Origin: a virus
Taxonomy: Duplodnaviria; Caudoviricetes
Virus record (IMG/VR): IMGVR_UViG_3300012953_000066
Location: 1-40,891 of that record
DNA length: 40,891 bases
Direction: 5' to 3' (one strand)
Under the pieces are notes generated by a model. That model was not told where the DNA came from. It made no database searches and was given only the letters and a program-made list of their open reading frames with translations. Position 1 is the stretch's first letter. The number at the start of each line of letters is the position of its first letter. Below are positions 19,501-29,012 of this stretch, in pieces. The translations under genes and the position numbers were made by a program.

Positions 19501-22447
19501 ATTCAATGCTCCAACAACAACTTATGCTACTGAACCATATTCAAATACAGTATTAACTAATACATATTCGTCTACAAGTAAAATTATCAATGTTGACACA
19601 TTTGATCTTTCTGATTTCAGAAGAGTAGAAAGACTTGGATATGTTAGTGGAGGAATGGTTTTAACTAATCAAACAGGTACTGCTGAAGCAACTGTAGAAG
19701 AGTTATCCCTTATGAGTGATGATGATGGAAATCTATTATTCTCATTACATATTCCCGATCCTTCAATTGGAAGTAATCCTAGATTTACTACTGGAATGAA
19801 CACTATTAAGGTTACTACTAGTGCTTCTAATGCTTCTATATTAGATCCAGGTGGAAGTTCTGCATCAACAAATTACCTAACTTCTGGTCAGGCTGCACAT
19901 AGTGTTGAGCAAACGTTATCAATAAAAACCCCTCAGATTGAAAGATTTACCAATGATCAACCAATTAGTAGAATAACAGGTACTACTGACGATACTGTAG
20001 TTACAGGTGTTGCAGGTGTTGTAGAAGAGACAGTACGTATAGATGAGGGCGAATGGTTTGATCCTCTTGCACAATCATTTGTTTGTCCAGCCAATGAATA
20101 CCCAGATGGTTTATTTGTTACTAGTGGAGAAATATATTTCAAAGCAAAAGATGATAGTGATGTAACTGTACAGATAAGAGAATTAGATGAGACTGGAAGA
20201 CCTTCTCAAACAATTATTCCCTTCGGTCAAACAAAAATAACTCCTGACGAAGCAGTATTATCTGAGGATGGATCTCTTGGTACTGTATTTACGTTTGAAT
20301 CACCAGTATATCTTAGACCTAGTGGAAGATATGCATTGACTCTTATAACTCCATTAGTTGGATGGAATACATTTATAACAAGAATGAATGAAGTTGATTT
20401 AATTTCTGGAAGATTAAATGATAAGCAACCATCATTGGGATCATTATTCAGATCTCAAAATAGTGAGTTATGGACAGAAAGTCAGTACGATGACCTCAAA
20501 TTTAAATTAAATAAGGCAAAATTCGTAACGAATAGTCCATCTAGTGTGATTATGTACAACCATGATCTAGATAAAGGAACGATTCGTAAGGAAAATCCAG
20601 TAACTGCTTATTCTAGAAGACAAATTTTAACTGTTGTTGATGATGGTAACGGGACAACCTTTAATCAAGGAAGAAAAATAACACAGCAACTTGGAGGTAG
20701 TGGTCATACTTATGTTGGAAGAATATTGGCATCTGGTGGACCACTACCACTCAATACTACTGGATTAAATTATGTTACTGGTACTGGTACTGGAATTGAG
20801 GATACTCCAGATGGAAATTATACTGGTGTAACATTTACATCTCTAACTGGATATGGTGATGGTGCTGTTGCTACTGTTGCTGTTGCTAGTGGTGCAATTA
20901 CTACTATTACTATTACTGATGCAGGAAGTGGATATCGTTCAGGAGATTTAGTAATATCTGGTGCTATTGGTACTGCTGGAGGAACTGGTATACAAGCATT
21001 TGTGAATGTACAAACTGTAACTATTACGAATAAACTAATTATTGAAGATATTGATGTACTTACTGTAAGTGGATCTGGAAATATTACTCCTGCATTTGCT
21101 GCAGATAATACTGCCAATACAAAAGAATTTAGTAGTAATACAACTTCAGGTGCAAATCTAGAAATAACAGCTGTAACTACTGATGATATTCGAGATGGTT
21201 ATACATTTAAAGTTGATCATAAGAATCATGGTATGCACTCTAATACCAACCAGGTACAAATTGAGAATTTTGTAAGTGATTTTGCTCCAGTTACTTTGAG
21301 TACAAAAATAGATGACAACTCAACTATTATTACATTAAGTGATGTAACTAACTTTACTGAATTTGAAGGTAAAAGTGTTGGAACTGATGGTTGGTTGGGG
21401 TATATTAAGGTTGGTAAAGAAATTATTAGTTATAGTGGCACCAATAATGCTAATAAAACTTTAACTGGTATTACAAGAGAAGTTGATGGTAGTTTGAGAT
21501 CAAATCACCCTCAAAATGAATTTGTTTATAAGTATGAATTCAATAAAGTATCATTGAGAAAAATTAATAAAACTCATCCAATATCTAATTTAAATAAAAC
21601 TTTTGATAGTTATCATATAAGATTGACTGGTGCTGATGCCACAAAGGTTTTCACTAGAACAACTTCTGGTGGTGGTAAAGAGGTAAAAGTTTCTCAAAAT
21701 ATTCCTTTTGAAGCAGTTACACCAAAACTTAATGTAATAACACCAACAGGAACTGATATTACTTCAAGAATAAAATCTACATCTGGAACTAGTTTGAGTG
21801 GTACTGAAACTCCATTTACGGATATTGGATATGAAAATGTAACATTGAATAAGTATAATGAATTGAATAGTGCAAGATTAGTTGCATCTAAAATTAATGA
21901 GTATACTTATTTGGATGATAATAAGTCATTTGCATTAGAATTAGTTCTTAATAGTAAGAGTGAACACGTATCACCACTAATTGATTTAAATACTGCAAAT
22001 ATTATTTTACATAGTAACTTAGTAGATAGTAAAGTGACTGACTATGTAACAGACAGTGGAACTAAAATTCCTGGAAGTGATCCAAATACTGCAATTTATG
22101 AGACTAAGAGGATTGATTTAGACTTCCCATCAAACTCGATTTATGTTCAATTTGATGGTCACAAGGAATCTGATGCAAACTTCCGTGTATTCTATAAGTT
22201 GTATAGAGAAGATAGTCAAGATGTGGATCAACATTACGTACCATTCAATACTAATGGATTGTCAGATAAAATAGTTAATTCTAATAATAGAAGAAATACA
22301 TTTAGTGAGCATAAGTATACAGCAGAAAATATTTCAGAATATAATGCATTTATGATTAAAGTTGTTATGACTTCTACCAATCAGGCACAGGCTCCAAGAT
22401 TGAAAAACTTTAGAGCAATTGCATTGAGATCTTATAATATTGATTAA
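16586..22447 (+). CDS. DUF4815/VrlC-like virion structural protein, C-terminal part (probably one ~2490-aa protein with 14966..16579)
   Basis: Contains YTMKDIGGLESRIKTLEEYTTLSLLE, DKFKSGFFVDNF, WFDPLAQSF, LGSLFRSQN and a C-terminal PRLKNFRAIAL. In frame with the upstream part, with only TAA CCT TTA between them. Confidence 0.85.
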   Translation: MINGNDNGRSVTAIDDYDVSNVKSVHSNVGVSTFIADTVLDRKKEVFDPGFEFDFNGGTVRTTGISDFRGLVKVGDILSYTVANNSVADVRFNRVSQVTNSTLTVATVETVSGICDGSIGNCTPTGVKVLSCDLGKSVDPGYIIPLENPFVSSVNVKDSSYIIRKQLTATASGGSAVFNLSDTGDDNLAFEPFTSNNYVLNLKSAAGSVGTNINLRASQTSITNGSRTLTITGLTNVAHDLTAAVKRTTLSSKKKDIVRCHSLVINESKLAGSGTADITFKDGLTPAANKYGLRVQDKEICLKYPDIHRVLGVFESNDASDPDVPKITVDSASASDVFTNNVTVGEQFIGNNSGALARVVSVDSATELSFVYENQKEFENGETITLKISGIVANINLILKGDRDISRNYDLDTGSRPEYLDYGRIIRKSDAPEPSRKLRIIFDYYSCDESIGTIQTINSYNGLNYTSEIPSALGVRLSDTFDIRPRVVSPYAQSTSPFTFANRDFTTSTTDTLVANQSVVLDYTHYLGRIDRLYLNNEGAFQVKKGEPAINPKAPLKTDGAFEVGIINMQPYTLQASRDVRIKMIPHKRYTMKDIGGLESRIKTLEEYTTLSLLETDTKNLAIKDPNTGLDKFKSGFFVDNFRNHASHNFNGESKFDIDIRRSECRPKSTERNVSLVFETKTSNLNPLSSDYRFVDDFDSDNLTRNGPGLTLKYTEDMFINQPLATRVESLNPFALAEYHGTLELTPSTDYWIDEIVAAPQNIDMGQGTFAAFATILGIDDRENGGMSTGMWNSTEEIWGDVEVVGTETTTGQVEDSTFVDRTTRENGNDIGWWGVRDVTDRDITTTISNTQTTTTTFGQSGIERETGLELSSTTETVDLGPKITSIEVLFNCRSRNIEVSGSRLKPNTKYYVFMEQVDVTNFCVPKLLPITMTRGSFSAQDIITTAGFQAQTIGQPDITFRAAQANHKFGPFNAPTTTYATEPYSNTVLTNTYSSTSKIINVDTFDLSDFRRVERLGYVSGGMVLTNQTGTAEATVEELSLMSDDDGNLLFSLHIPDPSIGSNPRFTTGMNTIKVTTSASNASILDPGGSSASTNYLTSGQAAHSVEQTLSIKTPQIERFTNDQPISRITGTTDDTVVTGVAGVVEETVRIDEGEWFDPLAQSFVCPANEYPDGLFVTSGEIYFKAKDDSDVTVQIRELDETGRPSQTIIPFGQTKITPDEAVLSEDGSLGTVFTFESPVYLRPSGRYALTLITPLVGWNTFITRMNEVDLISGRLNDKQPSLGSLFRSQNSELWTESQYDDLKFKLNKAKFVTNSPSSVIMYNHDLDKGTIRKENPVTAYSRRQILTVVDDGNGTTFNQGRKITQQLGGSGHTYVGRILASGGPLPLNTTGLNYVTGTGTGIEDTPDGNYTGVTFTSLTGYGDGAVATVAVASGAITTITITDAGSGYRSGDLVISGAIGTAGGTGIQAFVNVQTVTITNKLIIEDIDVLTVSGSGNITPAFAADNTANTKEFSSNTTSGANLEITAVTTDDIRDGYTFKVDHKNHGMHSNTNQVQIENFVSDFAPVTLSTKIDDNSTIITLSDVTNFTEFEGKSVGTDGWLGYIKVGKEIISYSGTNNANKTLTGITREVDGSLRSNHPQNEFVYKYEFNKVSLRKINKTHPISNLNKTFDSYHIRLTGADATKVFTRTTSGGGKEVKVSQNIPFEAVTPKLNVITPTGTDITSRIKSTSGTSLSGTETPFTDIGYENVTLNKYNELNSARLVASKINEYTYLDDNKSFALELVLNSKSEHVSPLIDLNTANIILHSNLVDSKVTDYVTDSGTKIPGSDPNTAIYETKRIDLDFPSNSIYVQFDGHKESDANFRVFYKLYREDSQDVDQHYVPFNTNGLSDKIVNSNNRRNTFSEHKYTAENISEYNAFMIKVVMTSTNQAQAPRLKNFRAIALRSYNID

Positions 22448-22671
22448 TGGAAAATTATTTAAAAGTTGAATCTGATACATCTCTAGTAAGAGATATGGAT
22501 ACTAATGCTATTATTAATCAAAATAAAAGTGAATATGATAAATTTTTGAATATTTCTAGAAAGAAATATGAAGAAAAAATCAAATTTGATAATCTAAAAT
22601 CTGATGTGGATTCATTAAAAAGTGATATAAGTGAAATTAAAACTCTTCTTAAACAAATCGTGAGTCAATAA
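22447..22671 (+). CDS. Small conserved phage protein with C-terminal coiled coil
   Basis: TAATG stop/start overlap with the upstream gene. KVE...LVRD...AIIN followed by a heptad pattern (LKSDVDSLKSDISEIKTLL). Confidence 0.8.
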   Translation: MENYLKVESDTSLVRDMDTNAIINQNKSEYDKFLNISRKKYEEKIKFDNLKSDVDSLKSDISEIKTLLKQIVSQ

Positions 22672-22673
22672 AT

Positions 22674-22681
22674 TATAAATA
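22674..22681 (+). promoter_or_regulatory. T4-type late promoter
   Basis: Exact TATAAATA directly after the 22671 stop, upstream of the 22714 ATG. Confidence 0.85.
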
Positions 22682-22713
22682 TGTGTAGTATCTAGATTCT
22701 AACTGAAATAGTA

Positions 22714-23055
22714 ATGGCAGCATATGTTAGTAACATTATAATAGATCAAGGGGCTGATTTCACTCAGACCTATAATCTAGAAGGTAGCAATAATGCTCCT
22801 TTGAATTTGACTGGTTATACTGGTGCTTCATTTATGAAGAAATCACCAAATTCATTGACGAATGCTGCAACGTTTACGGTCTCTTTTCCTAGTAGAGTAA
22901 GTGGTCAATTGAGAATATCTTTGGGATCAGTTGTAACAAGTGGATTAAAACCAGGTCGTTACACTTATGATATATTAATTAATAATGGGTCAGCAAAGAC
23001 CAGAATTGTAGAAGGTAGTGCAATTGTCACTGCTGGAGTCACCACTACGATATAA
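22714..23055 (+). CDS. Small beta-sandwich virion protein (fibre-attachment/BppU-N- or T5 p132-like)
   Basis: IDQGADF...NLTGY...GRYTYDI...RIVEG pattern typical of phage fibre-anchoring beta sandwiches. Follows a late promoter. Confidence 0.65.
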   Translation: MAAYVSNIIIDQGADFTQTYNLEGSNNAPLNLTGYTGASFMKKSPNSLTNAATFTVSFPSRVSGQLRISLGSVVTSGLKPGRYTYDILINNGSAKTRIVEGSAIVTAGVTTTI

Positions 23056-23060
23056 AATCT

Positions 23061-23294
23061 ATGGCAGATATTACAGTAAGAGTTCCATCAGCAACAGATA
23101 ATGTTGTTAAAGTTCCCTCCACATATACTGCAGGAGGTACTGGTACACTAGCTGGAATGACAGATGTTAGTATTGGAACGTTACAGGATGGTATGGTTCT
23201 TGTGTATAATGCTACCACTACTAAATGGGAAGCAAGTATAGAATTAACACCAGGAACAGAACAAAATTTAGACATTAACGGAGGTAGTTTCTAG
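23061..23294 (+). CDS. Small virion protein with a fibre-type repeat
   Basis: LAGMTDV...DGMVLVYNATTTKW repeat and an INGGSF C-terminus, echoing the LDGGTW end of the next gene. Confidence 0.7.
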   Translation: MADITVRVPSATDNVVKVPSTYTAGGTGTLAGMTDVSIGTLQDGMVLVYNATTTKWEASIELTPGTEQNLDINGGSF

Positions 23295-23296
23295 TC

Positions 23297-24811
23297 ATGG
23301 CAAGTAAGATAAGAATTAAAAGATCCCAATTATCTACAGCACCCAGTAGTTTAAATTATGGTGAACTTGCTGTAACGGTAAAAACTACTGGAACACAGTC
23401 AAATGGTGGTGAAAGATTATATGTTGGTGATGATCAAACTGATCCACAAATTGTAGGTGGTAAGTACTTTATGGATCTTATTGACCATGCTCATGGTACA
23501 TTAACTGCTAATTCTGGTATTATTGTAGATGGTGATAAAAAAATTGATAATTTATTAATTGATGATGTTCAAATTGATGGTGCTACGGTCACGACATCAA
23601 CAACTAATCAAAACTTACTTCTAACTGCTAATGGAACTGGTCATGTACAGTTACCAAGTATGCAGGAACTGTCCTTTGGTAGTAGTAATGAATCAACTAT
23701 ACAATATGTTACTACTGGTTCTCTCAATAAAGTTAAAGTAACTGGCAACGAATGGATTTTTGAAAATAATGTTGTAATAAATCCTCCTTCTGAGTTTGTT
23801 ATTGATAATATTGGAATTAAATCTAATCAAATATTTTCTAAGTCTGGTGGTGGAAATGTAATATACATTGACCCATATCCAGATGGTTTAAGTAATGAAG
23901 GTACTGTTGTTATTAAAGGTGACTTACAAGTTGATGGTACTCAGACTACTGTAAACTCAAGTAGTGTTACTGTTAATGAAGCAATAATGAATCTTGGTGA
24001 TGTAACTAGCGTTAGGACTGTTACATCAGCAGTTGCTTCTGGTGTTAGTACAGTTACATTGGATTCTGTTGTTGGTATCAATACTGGTGATATTGTAGCA
24101 CATACTAATATTCCTGGATCAACTTCTGTTTCTTCTTACGATACTAGTACTAAAATTGTTACTTTAAGTGCTAATACTACTGGTACTATTGCAGCTGCAC
24201 AACAGTTAACTATTACTCATGCATATGATAGCAATACTGACCGTGGTATTTCATTCCAATATAATACTGCTTCTGGTACTGCTAATACTAAGAAAGGATT
24301 CTTTGGTTTTGATGATACATTAAAACAATCACAGAGAATGTGGACTTACATTCCTGAAGCTACTGTTACTAACAGTGTTGTAAGTGGAATTAAGGGTTAT
24401 ATTGACATTAAAGGTATCTATTATCAATCAGGTGATTATAATACTCATGGTATTGTACACTTTGATTCAAATGGTCTTCAAACTAGTACAAATGCTCCAT
24501 CTGATGGATCAAATAGTAGATCATCAAACAAATTTCTAACTGCTTTAACTGAAATTGTACTTACTTTTGGTAGTGCTCATAGTGTAACTGCAGGTGATCA
24601 AATAACACAAGTAGGTGGAACTCAATATGGTGTAGTTAAGACTACCTCTAATGCTACAACTATGACTTTGATTGGTGTTACGGGAACATTTAATACTTCT
24701 GCTGATGTGAAGAAAAATAATGAAACTACTTTGGCAACTCCCACCAATGTCTCAACTACATATACTGAGAAGCCAATGTGGACTGATACTTTAGATGGAG
24801 GAACTTGGTAA
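23297..24811 (+). CDS. Tail/collar fibre protein
   Basis: N-terminal IRIKRS...APSSLNYGELA...RLYVGD fibre-attachment motif, IKGDLQVDGTQTTVNS fibre repeat, and LDGGTW end. Confidence 0.7.
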   Translation: MASKIRIKRSQLSTAPSSLNYGELAVTVKTTGTQSNGGERLYVGDDQTDPQIVGGKYFMDLIDHAHGTLTANSGIIVDGDKKIDNLLIDDVQIDGATVTTSTTNQNLLLTANGTGHVQLPSMQELSFGSSNESTIQYVTTGSLNKVKVTGNEWIFENNVVINPPSEFVIDNIGIKSNQIFSKSGGGNVIYIDPYPDGLSNEGTVVIKGDLQVDGTQTTVNSSSVTVNEAIMNLGDVTSVRTVTSAVASGVSTVTLDSVVGINTGDIVAHTNIPGSTSVSSYDTSTKIVTLSANTTGTIAAAQQLTITHAYDSNTDRGISFQYNTASGTANTKKGFFGFDDTLKQSQRMWTYIPEATVTNSVVSGIKGYIDIKGIYYQSGDYNTHGIVHFDSNGLQTSTNAPSDGSNSRSSNKFLTALTEIVLTFGSAHSVTAGDQITQVGGTQYGVVKTTSNATTMTLIGVTGTFNTSADVKKNNETTLATPTNVSTTYTEKPMWTDTLDGGTW

Positions 24812-24814
24812 ACT

Positions 24815-25006
24815 ATGAATAGTGAAGTTGACGTGAATGTTTTGATTAATCATTATCATAAGAAAATTTCTACATTAATTAATCAAAATATTTTATTAGA
24901 AGCAAAATTAGAGTCTCTAGCAAAGGATTATACGGAATTGGAATCCCAAATTCAAGGATTAGAGACTGTAGATAAATACCAGAAGGATAAAGATTTCAAT
25001 GAGTAA
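24815..25006 (+). CDS. Small coiled-coil protein upstream of gp13
   Basis: Helical heptads (LINQNILLEAKLESLAKDYTELESQI). Overlaps the gp13 start by 8 nt. Confidence 0.7.
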   Translation: MNSEVDVNVLINHYHKKISTLINQNILLEAKLESLAKDYTELESQIQGLETVDKYQKDKDFNE

Positions 25007-25811
25007 ACCAAGTACTAGACAAGGATTAATTGATTACTGTCTTAGAAGACTTGGATATCCTGTGCTGGAAATTAATGTGGATGACGATCAAATTGATGAT
25101 TTGGTCGATGATGCTCTGCAATATTTCCAAGAAAGGCATTTTGATGGTATAGAAAAGGTATATTTGAAGCATAAGATAACTAAGGAAGAAAAGGAAACAA
25201 TAAAAACAGGTATCACTACAACAACTGTTTCTGGTACTCAATTGGGCAATATTGGTTTTGATGAAGGTCAAAATTATTTACAATTACCAGATACTGTTAT
25301 TGGTGTAGATAAAGTATTCAAATTTGATTCAAGTACAATATCAAATGGAATGTTTAATCTAAAATATCAGATATTTTTAAATGATCTTTATTATATGGGA
25401 GCAGTTGATTTATTAAATTATGCAATGACAAAACAATATTTGGAAGATTTAAGTAGAATCATTAGTCCAGATATTCAATTGCGATTTAATAAGAAAAGAC
25501 ATAGACTTTATCTAGACATTGATTGGGCTCAACAACCAGATGATAAGATATACATTTTTGATTGTTGGAGAATATTAGATCCTGCAAATGCAACTGACAT
25601 CTATAATGATTTTTGGTTAAAAAAATATTTGACTGCTACTATTAAGAAACAGTGGGGTCAAAATTTAATTAAGTTTAATGGAGTTTTATTACCAGGTGGT
25701 GTTGCATTGAATGGTAGGGAAATATATGAAGATGCAGTACAAGAATTAGAAGAGATAGAAAAGTCACTCAGAGAAGAGTACGAATTACCTCCAATGGATT
25801 TGATAGGATAA
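24999..25811 (+). CDS. gp13: Neck protein gp13
   Basis: LIDYCLRRLGYPVLEINVDDDQI, HFDG, KKQWGQNLIKF.GV.LPGG and ELPPMDLIG are T4 gp13 motifs. Confidence 0.95.
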   Translation: MSKPSTRQGLIDYCLRRLGYPVLEINVDDDQIDDLVDDALQYFQERHFDGIEKVYLKHKITKEEKETIKTGITTTTVSGTQLGNIGFDEGQNYLQLPDTVIGVDKVFKFDSSTISNGMFNLKYQIFLNDLYYMGAVDLLNYAMTKQYLEDLSRIISPDIQLRFNKKRHRLYLDIDWAQQPDDKIYIFDCWRILDPANATDIYNDFWLKKYLTATIKKQWGQNLIKFNGVLLPGGVALNGREIYEDAVQELEEIEKSLREEYELPPMDLIG

Positions 25812-25815
25812 TGTC

Positions 25816-27516
25816 ATGCCTCTTTCTCCTTATTTCTTACAGGGTTCAACAAGCGAACAAAAGTTAGTTCAAGATATTATCAATGAACAGTTGAGAATAT
25901 ATGGGCAAGATATTGTATATTTGCCTAGAAAAATTGTTAATAAGAGTACAATATTTAAAGAAATTACAGCATCAAAATTTGATGATTCTTTTAGGATGGA
26001 AGCATATTTGTTGAATTACGAAGGGTTTGAAGGATCTGGAGATGTTTTATCCAAGTTTGGTGTACAAACAACAGATGCAGTAACTTTCGTAATATCTAAG
26101 CAAAAATATGAGGATTTCATTACTCCTAAACTTGATGGATCTGAAATGGAGGTTATAACTAGACCTCAAGAGGGAGATTTAATTTATTTTCCTTTGGATA
26201 ATACTATTTTTGAAATTAAATATGTAGAAGCTAAGAAACCATTCTATCAATTAAACCAACTGTATGTCTATACATTAAGTTGTGAAGTGATGGATATGGA
26301 ACTTGATGAGCAGATAGAGACCTCTATAGAGGCGGTCAATGATGCGGTAGTAGACTTTGGATACATTGTCACACTTTCTATGGTTGGACTGGGCGCACAG
26401 ACCGCACAGGCAAGTCTGGTACGAGCAAGTGCAACTAGTGGTATCAGTACTGGATTTGCTGTAGGATATATTGATCTAATAAATGATGGAACTGCATATA
26501 CTGCACCACCTACTATTGGTATTTCAACTGCACCTACTATAGATGGAGAAAGGGGAATTGATGCAGTTGCAGTTGCGATTATGACAAGTAGAAGTGGTCA
26601 GACTGGTCAATCACTTGATAAAATTTTAATGACTAATCCTGGTTATGGATATACTGTACCACCAACAGTTACAATTATTCCAGTAAATCAATATGGTTCT
26701 GGTGGTATAGCAACTGCTGTTCTTGCTCATAATTCTCTGTCAAATATTACCGTAACAACTTCTGGAAGTGAATATGGATCGGTAGTTCCAAATACTGTTG
26801 TCAGTACTCCTGCTATTGCTGCAGAAGCTACTTCCACAATTAGTAGTGGTTCTGTTAATTCATTATCAATTACAAATGGAGGAAGATATTATGGTTCAGC
26901 ACCTACAGTTACTATTGCAACGCCACCTACAGGAATAAACACAGCAACAGCAACAGCAACAGTATCTGCTGCAGGAACTATATCAGCATTATCAATTACG
27001 AATGCTGGAGTTGGATATACCATTGCCCCAGTAGTTACTATTAGTAATGCTGGAGAATTCAAGACCAATGTTGGATATGCTACTGCACAAGTAGAAACAT
27101 TCCTCAATGTTAATGGTGGAGTTGCACAAATTAGATTTAGTAATGCTGGTTATGGATATTTGCATACTCCTACAGTAACTATAGATCCACCAGTTATTGC
27201 AGGATTATCGAAAGGAGATTATCTCTACAGAGAAAAAGTAACAGGAGTAGATTCGGATGCTGTTGGATATGTTGTTAGATGGGATAATGATACTAGGATT
27301 CTTCAAGTAAATAATGTTTCTGAAGGAAATATGTTTATAGAAGGAGAGAAGGTTGTTGGAATAGGTACGACATTAAATGGTTCTGATAGTGCCTATCTTG
27401 TAAAATCAATAAACAGGCAAGATGATACTGATTTATTTGGAGATAATACTCCATTCGAAACTGAAGGGGATGCTATTTTAGATTTTACAGAACAGAACCC
27501 TTTTGGGGAGTTCTAA
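25816..27516 (+). CDS. gp14: Neck protein gp14 with a large repeat insertion
   Basis: EQLRIYGQDIVYLPR, GDVLSKFG, RPQEGDLIYFP, KPFYQL and a C-terminal ILDFTEQNPFGE. The middle holds about six G-x-x-Y-x-x-x-P-T-V-T-I repeats. Confidence 0.92.
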   Translation: MPLSPYFLQGSTSEQKLVQDIINEQLRIYGQDIVYLPRKIVNKSTIFKEITASKFDDSFRMEAYLLNYEGFEGSGDVLSKFGVQTTDAVTFVISKQKYEDFITPKLDGSEMEVITRPQEGDLIYFPLDNTIFEIKYVEAKKPFYQLNQLYVYTLSCEVMDMELDEQIETSIEAVNDAVVDFGYIVTLSMVGLGAQTAQASLVRASATSGISTGFAVGYIDLINDGTAYTAPPTIGISTAPTIDGERGIDAVAVAIMTSRSGQTGQSLDKILMTNPGYGYTVPPTVTIIPVNQYGSGGIATAVLAHNSLSNITVTTSGSEYGSVVPNTVVSTPAIAAEATSTISSGSVNSLSITNGGRYYGSAPTVTIATPPTGINTATATATVSAAGTISALSITNAGVGYTIAPVVTISNAGEFKTNVGYATAQVETFLNVNGGVAQIRFSNAGYGYLHTPTVTIDPPVIAGLSKGDYLYREKVTGVDSDAVGYVVRWDNDTRILQVNNVSEGNMFIEGEKVVGIGTTLNGSDSAYLVKSINRQDDTDLFGDNTPFETEGDAILDFTEQNPFGEF

Positions 27517-27519
27517 ATA
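27512..27519 (+). promoter_or_regulatory. Late promoter variant (TCTAAATA)
   Basis: Overlaps the gp14 stop, 25 nt before the gp15 ATG. One mismatch to TATAAATA. Confidence 0.55.
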
Positions 27520-27544
27520 GATAGTATAGGTAAATAACAACATT

Positions 27545-28599
27545 ATGTTAGGAACGTATTTTTATCACGAAATAATCCGAAAGACTATCATTGCCTTTGG
27601 TACTCTTTTTAATACAATTGACATTAAGCATAAGAAGCAAGATGGTACGAATTGGAGTACTATTAGAGTTCCTATTGCTTATGGACCTAGAGAAAAGTTC
27701 CTTGCAAGATTAGAAGAAAAACCAGATTTAAGAAAGAGAGTTGCAATACATTACCCAGGTTAGCATTTGAGTTAACAAGTATACAATATGATCCAGAAAG
27801 AAAGGTTTCTACGATGCAAACCTTTAAAGCAAATACAACTACTGGAACTAAGGTAGCAAAGAAAGTTTATATGCCAGTCCCATACAATTTAGGGTTTAGA
27901 CTTAATTTGATGACTCAATATAATGAAGATTCTCTGCAGATAATTGAGCAAATACTTCCTTATTTTCAACCATCATTTAATTTAACAGTAGATTTAGTTT
28001 CTTCTATTGGAGAAAAAAGAGATATACCTATGGTTTTGGATAGTGTATCTTTTGATGATAATTATGACAGTGGTATGGAAGAGAAGAGAGTTATAATACA
28101 TACATTAGAATTTACTGCCAAAACATACTTATTTGGTAATGTACCTACTTCTTCGGATGGTCTTATTAAGAAAGTTATTGTTGATAGGTATGGAAGCACA
28201 TCAAATACTAAGACTGCATCTAGAGAACTTAGATATGTTGCTGAACCTAGAGCACTTAAGGATTATAATAATGATGCAACAACAACAATAATTACTGATA
28301 TATCTGCAACTAAGATGACATTTGATGTTGCAGATGCTACTGCATTAGTAGAAGATGGATACATTGACATTGATAACGAATTGATGTATATTGATAAGAT
28401 TAATGGAAATACAATAACAGTTAAGAGAGGTGTCGATGGAACACCTAAGAATGCACATATAACTGGTAGTGCTGTGAATGCTGTTAATGCTATAGACGAT
28501 TCTATGGTTGAACTTGGTGATGACTTTGGATTTAGTGAACAAAGATTTGATTTTGCTGATGGTAGAGTTTGGAGTCCCACAAAAGGTACTGACGTATGA
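27545..28599 (+). CDS. gp15: Tail sheath stabiliser/terminator gp15, split by an apparent 1-nt deletion near 27746-27749
   Basis: First frame reads YFYHEIIRKTIIAFGTLFN...VPIAYGPREKFLARL...RVAI. Shifting -1 continues TLPRLAFELTSIQYDPERKVST into the 27814 ORF (YMPVPYNL, QIIEQILPYFQP). Confidence 0.9.
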
Positions 28600-29012
28600 G
28601 TAAATTTGATGCCATAGACAATGCTTTAGACATTGAAGTTGTTAAAGAAGCTGAGGATACCCTTAAGCGTGGAAAAGATCAACTAAAGAAACTTGAGAAA
28701 GGTAAAGACAATAGTACTCTTGATTATGAATACACAAGAGGCAATCTTTATTCTTTAATTGAAAAAGGCCAAGAAGCACTTGATCGTATTATGGAAGTTG
28801 CTGAAGATGGTCAGCAACCACGAGCATTTGAAGTTGTTAGTCAATTGATTAAGAATGTTGCCGACACAACTGATAAGTTAATTGATTTACAATTAAAGAT
28901 GAAAAATTTAAATGAGGAACAAGCGAAAGGACCATCTACTGTTAATAATGCATTGTTTGTTGGGTCTACTGCAGAATTACAAAAATTACTAAAGAAGGGG
29001 ATGGATAAATGA
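28596..29012 (+). CDS. gp16: Terminase small subunit gp16
   Basis: DYEYTRGNLYSLIEKGQEA, PRAFEV..QLIK and NNALFVGSTAELQKLLK. ATGA overlap with gp15. Confidence 0.93.
   Translation: MSKFDAIDNALDIEVVKEAEDTLKRGKDQLKKLEKGKDNSTLDYEYTRGNLYSLIEKGQEALDRIMEVAEDGQQPRAFEVVSQLIKNVADTTDKLIDLQLKMKNLNEEQAKGPSTVNNALFVGSTAELQKLLKKGMDK

Noticed and set aside
27494-27514. Imperfect hairpin agaacccttttggggagttct as a terminator
   Set aside because: It lies within the conserved NPFGEF coding end of gp14, the stem is bulged, and no U-tract follows.
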